Below, piece after piece: positions 18,540-29,309 of a DNA stretch of 64,000 nucleotides; the first letter of the stretch is position 1; every line of letters starts with the position of its first letter. Source of the stretch: Phycisphaerae bacterium (GTDB lineage Bacteria; Planctomycetota; Phycisphaerae; UBA1845). The notes under the pieces were generated by a model. The model was not told the DNA's origin. It worked only from the letters and a program-made list of their open reading frames with translations, and made no database searches. Location of the stretch: assembly GCA_035344155.1 (NCBI GenBank), contig DAORAL010000018.1, forward strand, positions 17,565 through 81,564, given 5' to 3'. The translations under genes and the position numbers were made by a program.

Positions 18540-19715
18540 ATGCTTTTGTCGAAGACACGATTTCTTACGCTGTTGCTCGCAATGGGGTTGGCGGGCGGGC
18601 TGGGCTGCACACCGATGGGCGGTGGCGGTGACAATGGAGGTGGAGACAACGGAGGTGACAATGGGGGAGACAACGGAGGCGATAACGGCGGCGATAACGG
18701 CGGCAATGACGGCGGTGGCGGCGACATGAACTCCAACGGGGGTGACAATGGCGGTGATGTCGACAACTCGATGCTGTTCGTCGTCAACAATGCTGGTCCG
18801 TCTGTCACATTCTACACCGGTGCGGAATCACTCAACGGCGAGATTGTCCCGGATGGAAAGCTTAATGCCGGCGCTGCGACGTCGCTCTTTCAACCGCGTT
18901 CAATCGTCGTGACGGAATCGGGTCGCCTGATTGTTAGTCGGCAGAACGGCGGCATCGTCGGGTACAACGATTCCACAACGCTGGATGACAACACAACCGC
19001 GAGTCTGGTGGTTGAAGGCAACAACACCGGTCTGGAGTCGCCGATCGCGATGGCCTATGACGCCGTCAACGATCGACTCTTTGTCGGCAATGTCATGGCC
19101 CAGGATGGAATCCTCGTGTTCGATGATGTTTCCGCGAACGAATTTGATATGGACGTTCCGCCCAATCGCATGTTTGGCCCGCCGGACCGCGCCCCGTTCG
19201 ATCCGACGCTATTCACCGTGGATTCACTGTTCATCGCGCCGAATGGCGACCTGTTTGTCAGTGACGGCATGGGGGATATCACCGTGAATCGCAATCGAGT
19301 CCTCGTCTTTACGAATCCCGGTGCTGCCAGCGGTGAAACGCCGTTTGCCCAGCGTCTCAACAGCAATGACTGGGAAAAGCATGAGGACATTTTCGTTGAT
19401 GACGAGGACAATCTCTACATCGTCGACGCGACCGATACGATCAAGATTGTTCCGAATGTCTCGACCATCGTTGACGAAACAGTGACGCCGACCACCCTGA
19501 CGGTCAACATTGCACTGACGGACCTGCAGGGAATCGTGGTGACCAAAAATGGTACGGGACTGGTGGCTGACCGCGAAAACAGCGCCATCTATTCGTACGA
19601 CGACATTGCCACAAAGTCCGGAACCCTGGGGCCGGATCGTACGCTTGACGGGACGGATACGCAGTTGCGTGCTCCGCGCCAGCTCTGGCTTGTCGAGGAA
19701 GACGATCAGAACTAG
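18540..19715 (+). CDS. Lipoprotein with GGDN tandem-repeat linker and NHL-type beta-propeller
   Basis: Start moved to ATG 18540 (AGGAG 8 nt upstream). MLLSKTRFLTLLLAMGLAGGLGC lipobox. About six blades of the type RSIVVTESGRLIVS, DRLFVGN, GDLFVSD, DNLYIVD, TGLVADRENSAIYSY. Confidence 0.8.
   Translation: MLLSKTRFLTLLLAMGLAGGLGCTPMGGGGDNGGGDNGGDNGGDNGGDNGGDNGGNDGGGGDMNSNGGDNGGDVDNSMLFVVNNAGPSVTFYTGAESLNGEIVPDGKLNAGAATSLFQPRSIVVTESGRLIVSRQNGGIVGYNDSTTLDDNTTASLVVEGNNTGLESPIAMAYDAVNDRLFVGNVMAQDGILVFDDVSANEFDMDVPPNRMFGPPDRAPFDPTLFTVDSLFIAPNGDLFVSDGMGDITVNRNRVLVFTNPGAASGETPFAQRLNSNDWEKHEDIFVDDEDNLYIVDATDTIKIVPNVSTIVDETVTPTTLTVNIALTDLQGIVVTKNGTGLVADRENSAIYSYDDIATKSGTLGPDRTLDGTDTQLRAPRQLWLVEEDDQN
18621..18725 (+). 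repeat. Imperfect 15-nt in-frame tandem repeat (encodes GGDNG x about 6)
   Basis: ggtgacaatggaggt ggagacaacggaggt gacaatgggggagac aacggaggcgataac ggcggcgataacggc ... Confidence 0.85.
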
Positions 19716-19734
19716 AACGCTTTGAGTTCTGACG

Positions 19735-19812
19735 TCGCGACGCGACATCGCTGTCATTCCCGCGCAAGCGGGAATCCAGAAGAAAGCGATGCCAATCCTG
19801 GTCAAGACGAGC
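19735..19812. repeat. Palindromic repeat family B, copy 1 (core CATTCCCGCGCAAGCGGGAATCC)
   Basis: The core at 19755-19777 and about 25 nt on each side align with 55013-55090 and, inverted, with 39735-39815. It generates the spurious peptides IPACAGMT and LDSRLRGND in the ORF track. Confidence 0.75.
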
Positions 19813-19880
19813 CCCCGTCCTGCAAAGGGATGACGGAGGCCATGCTAAGTCTGGATTGACATCCCCCAACTTGATTGACT

Positions 19881-19943
19881 ATGCAAACAAAAAGAGAGGC
19901 GAGTCATCAACACGATGGCTCGCCTCTTTGTCTATTTGTTTCG
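19881..19943. terminator. Bidirectional intrinsic terminator
   Basis: AGAGGCGAG (19895-19903) pairs with CTCGCCTCT (19919-19927), 15-nt loop. T-rich tails on both strands (TTGTCTATTTGTTT on plus, CTTTTTGTTTG on minus). Lies 12 nt past the stop of the minus-strand small gene. Confidence 0.7.
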
Positions 19944-19954
19944 CGTACCGGTCG

Positions 19955-20140
19955 CTAGTTGCCGTTGGCCCGGGCTTCGAGATTGTCGATGATGATGAGA
20001 TCAAGCAGGGTGGCTGCGACCGTCTTGACCGACGTTTCAACGATGTCTTTGTACGTCCGTCCCGAGACGCAGCCGACTGAACTCGTCAAGATCATACCGC
20101 ACATCGTGATGATGCCCAGAAGCCTGAATTGTTTCGTCAT
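19955..20140 (-). CDS. Small (61-aa) putative lipoprotein, hypothetical
   Basis: MTKQFRLLGIITMCGMILTSSVGC (loose lipobox) taking ATG 20140; the track start at 20212 adds 24 aa. Lower-GC segment, followed by a good terminator. Confidence 0.45.
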   Translation of the reverse strand: MTKQFRLLGIITMCGMILTSSVGCVSGRTYKDIVETSVKTVAATLLDLIIIDNLEARANGN

Positions 20141-20556
20141 TCGTTTCACGATCAGATTCCTTTCCAAGTATTCTGCACGTTGCTTGACTGTGGTCCTGAT
20201 TGAGGGCTTCAATTCTTGCCTCGGTCAGATTTAAGTCAAGTCCGTTCGATTGTCCTTTGCTTCGTTGGAACTTAAACCCAAACTCCGCAGAAGACAAATC
20301 AGGACTTTCACTGAAGCCATCGCCAGCAGTCGACGACCGTGTTCGGATCAGACCATGCTACTATATCGGCGCAATCGGTGGTCGGGTTTGGCGGCACGGG
20401 CAAATCGCGGTGCATGGCGTCCGAGGAGCCGCTCAATACGGCCGGTCGGACTTCCTCAGCTTGCTGGTATGTGGTTTTTCCCTGCCTTGGACCGATTCAG
20501 CCGGCATCGATATACTGCCTTGCGACAATTTTGAATGAACCTTCAGGCATGATTCG

Positions 20557-22613
<2,057 letters not shown>

Positions 22614-22617
<4 letters not shown>

Positions 22618-23525
22618 GTGACCGATCGTTGATTCCAATCGACCGCGATGCGCTGATCGAACAAACCAAAACACTCGCGCGAATGTCCAAGGAAGAAGAC
22701 CTGGGCCGTGGCGACCTGACCAGCAGCCTGCTTGGCGATCCAGGAACCGGCACGTTTCGTTTGATCAACAAGGAGCCGGGCGTGTTCGCCGGACGCGAGA
22801 TCGCCGCAACGATTGTGGCGGAATACGCATCGGACGTTTCGTTGTCGTGGCAGCCGAGTGGTGTGGATGGCCATGCGTTCGGAGCGGAGCATACATCGCT
22901 CGTTGAACTGTCTGGTCCGGTGAATACGATCCTGACGCTCGAACGCGTCTTGCTGAATTTTCTCCAACGACTTAGCGGTATTGCGACGAAGACGCGTCGA
23001 TTTGTCGATGCGGTGCGGGGGACGAACGCGATCATTCTCGATACGCGAAAGACGACACCGGGTTGGCGACACCTTGAGAAGTACGCGGTGCGTTGCGGCG
23101 GGGGACAGAATCACCGCATGGGATTGCACGATGCCGTTTTGATCAAGGACAACCATCTCGCGAGTCAACCGACATCGCAGACGTCAGCCGTCGTGTTCGA
23201 CATGCTCAACCGGGTTGCGAGCATCGATCCGCCGCCCAATTTCATCGAAGTGGAAGCCGACACGCTTGACCAGGTCCGCCAGCTGTTCAACGTCGTGGGT
23301 GTGGATGTGATCTTGTTGGACAATTTTTCGCTGGCCGATTCGCGAGAAGCCGTTGCGCTGCGGGCGTCGTTGAACCTTCAGGACAAGGTGAAATTGGAAG
23401 CATCCGGCGGCGTGAATCTTGATACAGTCGCCGACATTGCCAAGACGGGCGTGGATTACATTTCCGTCGGTGCGCTAACCCATTCGGCAACGGCGATTGA
23501 TTTATCGCTCGAACGCATCCGGTAG
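22614..23525 (+). CDS. nadC: Nicotinate-nucleotide diphosphorylase (carboxylating) / quinolinate phosphoribosyltransferase
   Basis: 303 aa. [41 protein letters not shown] and [15 protein letters not shown] overlap with uvrB. Confidence 0.93.
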
Positions 23526-23586
23526 GGTGGGCGGTGCCCACCGCCGTTTGAATGGCAACGACATGGTGGGCACGGCCCACCCTACG
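23522..23586. repeat. 65-nt palindromic REP-like element (family A, copy 2)
   Basis: GTAGGGTGGGCGGTGCCCACCGCCGTTTGAATGGCAACGACATGGTGGGCACGGCCCACCCTACG. It fills the nadC-rsgA convergent spacer almost exactly and contains the nadC TAG stop. Confidence 0.85.
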
Positions 23587-23588
23587 CG

Positions 23589-24719
23589 CTAGTCGATCTG
23601 CTCTTCAAACATTCGGCAATAACTTTCATACCGCATTTCCGAAATCGCTCCGTCTTTGACAGCTTGCATCACCGCGCACTTGATTTCGTGGCGATGCGTG
23701 CAATCGGCGAACTTGCAGTTCGGCACGTGCTCGGCGAACTCGACAAAATGCATTTCGATTTCGTTCAGCGGAATCGCCGAAAGGTCAAACGAACGCACGC
23801 CCGGCGTGTCAACCACAAACCCGCCGAACGGCAGTTTGTAGAGCATCGCCGTGGTCGTCGCGTGGCGTCCCTTGTTCGTGTCGTCAGCCACCTCAGCCGT
23901 GCGAAGGTTGAGCGATGGATCGAGTGCGTTGAGCAGCGAACTCTTCCCGACGCCGCTTTGACCAGCGACAGCCGACGTCTTATCGCGGAAGATTTCGCGC
24001 AACTGGTCGACGCCATGCCCGGTGATGGTGCTCGTCGTCAGCGTTTGATAGCCCAGACCTTCATAAAGTGTCAGCATGTTCTTGGCTTCGTCGTCTTCGT
24101 CGAGATCGATCTTGTTGCAGCAGATGACCGGGGTGATGTCGCCGGCATGGGCTGCGACGATGTAACGATCGATCAAGTGCGGTTTGGGACTCGGCTGAAC
24201 GGCTGACGTAACCACGATGACCTGATCGACGTTGGCGACGATCGCGTGCACGCGCTTGCCGCTGACCCGCTTGAGCATGCCCTTGCGCGGTTCGACCTGT
24301 TCGATAACGCCTTCGTTGGTGACAGCTTCCTGGTCGGCTTCGATGGAAAACAAAACGCGATCGCCAACGGTGACGGGCTGTCGCTCCTTGATCAACCGCG
24401 TGCGCAAGACCCGACGCACGGTGCACGGCCAAACGCGCTCGCCGTCATCGACTTCCGCGATCAGACCGCGCATCGCGATGACGACGCCCTTGGAAAGGTC
24501 CTGGTCCTTCGGGTCGTTCTCGATGATCGTCCGTTTGCGCGACATCGCGCCTTTTGAGATGACGTTTTCATCGAGGATGGCGTCGGCGGCTCGGTCTTCA
24601 TCATCGCGATGGATGCGGGTCCAGTCTTTGGCGCGGGCGGGCTTGCCGCGATTTCGGCGCAGGGAGACCCGGACCTTCTTGCCGGACTTGTCGTTGGTGT
24701 CTTTGTCATGCTTGGCCAT
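23589..24719 (-). CDS. rsgA: Ribosome small-subunit-dependent GTPase A
   Basis: GQSGVGKSSLLNAL, DTPG, circularly permuted GTPase order (CNKIDL before the P-loop), C-terminal zinc knuckle CKFADCTHRHEIKCAV. Basic N-terminal extension. ATG 24719; the track TTG is at 24722. Confidence 0.9.
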   Translation of the reverse strand: MAKHDKDTNDKSGKKVRVSLRRNRGKPARAKDWTRIHRDDEDRAADAILDENVISKGAMSRKRTIIENDPKDQDLSKGVVIAMRGLIAEVDDGERVWPCTVRRVLRTRLIKERQPVTVGDRVLFSIEADQEAVTNEGVIEQVEPRKGMLKRVSGKRVHAIVANVDQVIVVTSAVQPSPKPHLIDRYIVAAHAGDITPVICCNKIDLDEDDEAKNMLTLYEGLGYQTLTTSTITGHGVDQLREIFRDKTSAVAGQSGVGKSSLLNALDPSLNLRTAEVADDTNKGRHATTTAMLYKLPFGGFVVDTPGVRSFDLSAIPLNEIEMHFVEFAEHVPNCKFADCTHRHEIKCAVMQAVKDGAISEMRYESYCRMFEEQID

Positions 24720-24863
24720 CAACCTATTATCGCAACTCTGTGATCAGACGGAAGCGATTTTGGATCGATTGTTGGAATTGCCGTTGGGCAGTGCGTTGCG
24801 TGCACCGGTTCGCACCTTTATATTGCCAGCCTACCAACATACCTGACAACGGATGGAGAAAGC

Positions 24864-25775
24864 ATGGCCGAAGGATTCGCCGACAGGTTGATGCAGGGAA
24901 TCGAGCGATGTGGAACGTGCGCCTGCGTCGGGATTGATCCGGTCCTGGAACGTCTGCCGGAGTCATTGCGAGGCGGTGATATCGCCGATCGCAAGAGGTC
25001 GGCTGATTTGCTTGAACAGTTTTCCAAAGGCGTCATTGACGCGGTGGCTGATCGCGTTCCCGTCATCAAACTAAACATCGCATTCTTCGAACCGTTTCGC
25101 GGAGCCGGCGTCGACGCTTACCACGAGTCCGTTCGATATGCCCACGAACGCGGGTTGCTCGTCATCGGCGACATCAAACGCAGCGACATTGGGCATTCCA
25201 GTGCAAGCTATGCAGCCGCCCATTTGATTGGCGATGGTGCGGACGACGATTCGATTCCCGACGCTGTGACCATCAACGGTTATCTGGGAATTGACGGCGT
25301 CCTACCCTTTGTCGAGGCGGCGAGTAACACCGGTCGGGGCGTCTTCGTTCTGGTGCATACGAGCAACAAGTCAGCCGCCCAGTTGCAGCACCTGACGCTG
25401 AAGGATGACCGCATGGTGGTCGAGGAAGTTGCCGCCCTGGTTGAAGCGTGGGGCCAGTCGTCGATCGGATCGTCCGGTTTTAGTAGCATTGGTGCGGTGG
25501 CGGCTCCGGGCAATCTTGAAATCGCCCGCAAGCTGCGAAGCCTCATGCCGCATGGCATTTTTCTGGTGCCGGGATTCGGGGCGCAAGGGCGTTCGGTCGA
25601 GCAAGTGGCTGCTTGCTTTGATGAAGGCGGGCGTGGGGCGATTGTCAATGCGTCGCGCAGCGTCATTTATGCCTATGAAGAAGGCGAAAGCAGTGACACA
25701 ACGTGGCAGGAATCGGTGGCGCGGGCGTGCGATGAATTCATTACCGCGCTGAAGTCAATTCACGAAAACGTTTGA
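24864..25775 (+). CDS. pyrF: Orotidine-5'-phosphate decarboxylase (long, type 2)
   Basis: 303 aa. CVGIDPV, VIKLNIAFFE, VIGDIKRSDIGHS, LVPGFGAQG. Confidence 0.9.
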   Translation: MAEGFADRLMQGIERCGTCACVGIDPVLERLPESLRGGDIADRKRSADLLEQFSKGVIDAVADRVPVIKLNIAFFEPFRGAGVDAYHESVRYAHERGLLVIGDIKRSDIGHSSASYAAAHLIGDGADDDSIPDAVTINGYLGIDGVLPFVEAASNTGRGVFVLVHTSNKSAAQLQHLTLKDDRMVVEEVAALVEAWGQSSIGSSGFSSIGAVAAPGNLEIARKLRSLMPHGIFLVPGFGAQGRSVEQVAACFDEGGRGAIVNASRSVIYAYEEGESSDTTWQESVARACDEFITALKSIHENV

Positions 25776-25805
25776 GCCTGGTAGTCGTGGGCGGTGGTGC
25801 ATGCG

Positions 25806-27176
25806 ATGAACGTTATCCCGAATTACGTTTCGGATGAGCAGTTGGCCGGCGCTCGCGTCGTCGTGATGGGCTTGGGACGGTTTGGCGGTGGTGTTGGCGT
25901 GACGCGGTTCCTGGTGGGCCGAGGTGCGAACGTTCTCGTTACGGATATGGCCGACGCCGCGACATTGCAGACGCCGCTGAATGCACTGAGCGACCTGAAG
26001 ATCGAATACCGATTGGGTTCGCACGACGTTGCCGACCTCGATGGTGCTGACTTGCTGGTTGTCAGTCCGGCTGTCGATCGCACCAAGAGCGCATTCGTGC
26101 AAGCCGCACTGAATCGAGGCATCGCCTGGACGACCGAAATGGGGATGTTCATCGAGCGATGCCCGGGGCGGATGATCGGCGTGACCGGTTCGATCGGTAA
26201 AAGCACCACGTGCGCGATGCTGCATTGCATCTTGGAATCGGAGCGGGCGAAGGCGTCGGCCAACCACCGGCGGACATTTCTTGGGGGCAACATCGGGCGA
26301 TCGCTACTGGGCGACCTGACGGAGATGACGGCTGACGATCTAATCGTGCTGGAATTGTCGAGTTTTCAACTTGAAGCACTGCCGAATCTCACCGGCGATT
26401 GGCCCGTCGTCGGCATCACCAACATCGCACCGCACCACCTTGATCGACACGGTGGATACGAACCGTACATCGACGCAAAGCTGAACCTGATCCGTGGCAT
26501 GTCGCTGGGGGCCAGCGCTGTGGTCGGTCGGGTTGACGATAGCGTGCGCAAAGGAATTGAAGCGCTTGTGCGTTATCACAAAGGACACACGATCAAAGCC
26601 GACATCTTGTCTGAACACTTCGATTTGCAAGTTCCCGGTCCGCACAATCAGATGAATGCGCAGTTCGCGGCGCTGATCGCAAGGCAATTGGGCGTCGAAC
26701 TCGATGCGTCACGGGCGGCATTGAAAGATTTTGGCGGGTTGGCCCATCGCATCCAGTACGCCGACAGCGTGGATGGTGTGCGCTATTACAACGATTCCAA
26801 GTCAACATCGGTCGAAGCGATCGATACGGCGCTTCGTTCGTTTGCGGAACCCGTCGTGTTGTTGTGTGGCGGTAAGGACACCGGCAGTGAACTGGAGCGC
26901 ATCAAGAATTGCACCTGGCAATCGGTGCGGGCTGTCGTCAGTTTCGGCGACGCCGCAAAGCGGTTGGCCGACATGATCGGCACGCTGGAAGAGAACAAGC
27001 GGCCCAAGATCGTTCAATCAGAGCAGACGATTGACGCGGCGATCGCCAAGGCGCGAACCATCGCACAGAGCGGCGACGTTGTATTGCTCTCGCCCGGTTG
27101 CCCCAGCTACGACGCATTCAGCAATTACGAAGAGCGCGGCGACGCATTCATCGCCGCGGTTAAGTCGCTCCGCTGA
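25806..27176 (+). CDS. murD: UDP-N-acetylmuramoylalanine--D-glutamate ligase
   Basis: VVVMGLGRFGGGVGVTRFL (Rossmann), GVTGSIGKSTT (P-loop), NDSKSTS, SPGCPSYD. Start set to ATG 25806; the track GTG is at 25794. Confidence 0.9.
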   Translation: MNVIPNYVSDEQLAGARVVVMGLGRFGGGVGVTRFLVGRGANVLVTDMADAATLQTPLNALSDLKIEYRLGSHDVADLDGADLLVVSPAVDRTKSAFVQAALNRGIAWTTEMGMFIERCPGRMIGVTGSIGKSTTCAMLHCILESERAKASANHRRTFLGGNIGRSLLGDLTEMTADDLIVLELSSFQLEALPNLTGDWPVVGITNIAPHHLDRHGGYEPYIDAKLNLIRGMSLGASAVVGRVDDSVRKGIEALVRYHKGHTIKADILSEHFDLQVPGPHNQMNAQFAALIARQLGVELDASRAALKDFGGLAHRIQYADSVDGVRYYNDSKSTSVEAIDTALRSFAEPVVLLCGGKDTGSELERIKNCTWQSVRAVVSFGDAAKRLADMIGTLEENKRPKIVQSEQTIDAAIAKARTIAQSGDVVLLSPGCPSYDAFSNYEERGDAFIAAVKSLR

Positions 27177-27367
27177 TACGCGCACATTTCGTCAGTTTTC
27201 AAATCGATCGCCCGCAGTTCTTGCCGCCGACCGTGCGTATCCTGCGCGTTGTAGCGATCACGGCATGCCCCCGAGTGATCCCCTCAAAAAAATCCAAAGT
27301 TCATAAGTCCTGAACTGAGCTTAATTTATGGCGCATGGGCTGAGATGTTTTTTTCGGCTCACGCCAA

Positions 27368-27383
27368 TGGCACAGCCCCTGCA
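27368..27383 (+). promoter_or_regulatory. Sigma-54-type (-24/-12) promoter candidate upstream of the flgF operon
   Basis: TGGCACagccccTGCA. GG and GC are spaced exactly as in TGGCAC-N5-TTGCW, with one mismatch in the -12 box. About 285 nt upstream of the flgF ATG. Confidence 0.3.
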
Positions 27384-27667
27384 TTTAGCGAGGCTCGGAG
27401 GAACTGCGTCCAGCGTGTTCCTTCAGATTGCTTTCAGTGATTCGCAGATGGAGAGGCCAGTTTGCTTAAGAGAAGTCAACAACTTGGTGCGGTCGTCAGC
27501 GATGACGTGATCGGTGGCTTCGCGAACGACAATGGTTCGCAGGTCAACTGGTTGGCATTGGATTGCGCGGCGATCGGGCAACTCGTACGCGAGTCGGCCC
27601 ATCGTCGGGTGGCGAACCATCTTTGCGAAAGCGTCGCAAGTGGATGTGCGGATCGTGAGGTGAACGC

Positions 27668-28438
27668 ATGACTCACGGAATCTGGGCATCGGTCGGCGGC
27701 ATGCAGGTCAACGAATATCGCCAGTCACTCGCGGCCAACAACATGGCCAACCTCAATACGGTTGGTTTCAAGAATGACCTTGCAGTCATTCGTCAGCGTC
27801 GCAGCGAGTCGGGCGAAAACCCTTCACAGAAGATGTTTGAAACGAATCCGTACAGCGACCTTGGTGGCGGTTCATGGGTTCGGCCAACGTACACGAGTTT
27901 CACGCAAGGCACGCTTGAGCAGACCGGTCGATCGCTTGATGTCGCGCTCGATGGCGACGGCTTCTTTGCCGTGTCGGATGGCAACGAAGTGCGCTATACG
28001 CGTGATGGTCGTTTCGCACGCAACGCGGCAGGCGATATGGTGCTCAGCGCCGATGGTGGACGTTTTCGCGTTTTGGATCAGAACGGTTTGCCGATCAACA
28101 TCGCTGACCCGTCCATCGGTTCAATCAAAATCGGTCGCAACGGTGAAGTAAATCAAGGCGACGAGGTCTTGGGACGCATCGGCGTCGTCGATTTCGAAGA
28201 TCGAACCGCACTAAAGAAAGCCGGTCAAAGCACGTTCAAGCTGGTCGGTGATACGCCGACGATTCCGGCAACAGCAGATATTCACGGTGGCAATGTGGAA
28301 GCGTCCACGGTCGATTCCATTGCTGCATTGACAAGCATGATTGAAGTCAGCCGAGCGTACGATCTCAACGCCCGGATGATCTCATTGCAGGACGAAACCC
28401 TGGGGATGGCCACCACTCGTATTGGTCGAGTTGGCTAG
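27668..28438 (+). CDS. flgF: Flagellar basal-body rod protein FlgF
   Basis: 256 aa. N-terminal rod signature LAANNMANLNTVGFK and C-terminal VEASTVDSIAALTSMIEVSRAYDLNARM. Confidence 0.85.
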   Translation: MTHGIWASVGGMQVNEYRQSLAANNMANLNTVGFKNDLAVIRQRRSESGENPSQKMFETNPYSDLGGGSWVRPTYTSFTQGTLEQTGRSLDVALDGDGFFAVSDGNEVRYTRDGRFARNAAGDMVLSADGGRFRVLDQNGLPINIADPSIGSIKIGRNGEVNQGDEVLGRIGVVDFEDRTALKKAGQSTFKLVGDTPTIPATADIHGGNVEASTVDSIAALTSMIEVSRAYDLNARMISLQDETLGMATTRIGRVG

Positions 28439-28451
28439 GAGGACGCGATAG

Positions 28452-29261
28452 ATGGCGATTATGGCATTACACGCGGCAGCGAGCGGCATGAAGGCGCTCG
28501 ACACGAAACTGGATGTGACTGCCAACAACCTGGCGAACATCAACACAACCGGTTTCAAACGCAGCCGCGTCAACTTCGAAGACCTGCTCTATCAAACCAA
28601 GCGCGAGCCCGGTCTGCCAAACGTGGACGACGAGCCGATCCCGCATGGTATTCAGGTGGGTCTCGGTGTCCGCATCGCCGGAACGCAACTCGACTTCGAA
28701 CGCGGTCCCGTCGACCCGACCGACAAACCGCTCGACATGATGATCGAAGGGCCCGGTTTCTTTCAGGTGCGCACGAACTTCGACGGTGGACCGATCACCG
28801 CGTACACGCGAGCGGGTAACTTCACGACGAACTCGGAAGGCAACCTCGTACTGGGCACGCAAGCCGGGCCAATCCTCGAACCACCGATCTCCGTCCCACC
28901 GGATGCAACCGACATCGCCATCGGTCGAAACGGTGAGGTGCGCGTACGTCAGCCAGGACAGCAGCAATTGACGCAGGTCGGTCAGATCGAGTTGGCCCGG
29001 TTCGTCAATGAGGAAGGCCTCAAGCAGATCGGCGGCAATTTGTATTTGGATACGGATGCCTCGGGACCGGCAGTGACCGGTCCGCCGCAGCTCGATGGAC
29101 TCGGTGCGATTGCCCAGGGGCAGTTGGAGATGAGCAACGTCGATCCGGTGCGCGAGTTGATCGCACTGATCACGACGCAGCGTTCGTTTGAGATGAACAG
29201 CCAGGCGATTCAGTCGGCTGAGCAGGCGCTTCAGACCGTTTCGAACTTAAGGCGGTTCTAG
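28452..29261 (+). CDS. flgG: Flagellar distal rod protein FlgG
   Basis: 269 aa. LDVTANNLANINTTGFKRSRVNFEDLLYQ and C-terminal LEMSNVDPVRELIALITTQRSFEMNSQAIQSAEQ. AGGAGG Shine-Dalgarno. Confidence 0.92.
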   Translation: MAIMALHAAASGMKALDTKLDVTANNLANINTTGFKRSRVNFEDLLYQTKREPGLPNVDDEPIPHGIQVGLGVRIAGTQLDFERGPVDPTDKPLDMMIEGPGFFQVRTNFDGGPITAYTRAGNFTTNSEGNLVLGTQAGPILEPPISVPPDATDIAIGRNGEVRVRQPGQQQLTQVGQIELARFVNEEGLKQIGGNLYLDTDASGPAVTGPPQLDGLGAIAQGQLEMSNVDPVRELIALITTQRSFEMNSQAIQSAEQALQTVSNLRRF

Positions 29262-29309
29262 TCGGCTGATCTAAGCACGGTTTGAAACGACGCGCAGCAG
29301 GATGCTGAG

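Noticed and set aside
18621-18725. Regularly spaced short repeats considered as a possible CRISPR array
   Set aside because: 15-nt period, no spacers, in frame inside a lipoprotein gene (GGDNG linker). No cas genes in the window.
18440-18808. 122-aa minus-strand ORF with (PPLS)n repeats
   Set aside because: Reverse-complement reading of the GGDN tandem repeat inside the NHL lipoprotein gene.
19224-19869. ORFs 19224-19805(-) and 19504-19869(-), and likewise 54783-55073(-) and 54871-55158(-), containing IPACAGMT or LDSRLRGND
   Set aside because: These peptide strings are translations of repeat family B in two frames. The ORFs otherwise run antisense through real genes or intergenic DNA.
20500-20556. 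SOS (LexA) box upstream of uvrB
   Set aside because: TACTGccttgcgaCAatt fits neither CTG-N10-CAG nor GAAC-N4-GTTC. No palindrome of adequate quality was seen.
27552-27566. TGGCATtggaTTGCG closer to flgF as a sigma-54 promoter
   Set aside because: GG and GC are separated by 9 nt, not 10. Sigma-54 spacing is strict.
27423-27689. 88-aa minus-strand ORF in the murD-flgF spacer
   Set aside because: Its start would lie inside and antisense to the flgF start codon region. No motif, no SD. It competes with an equally unsupported plus-strand frame.
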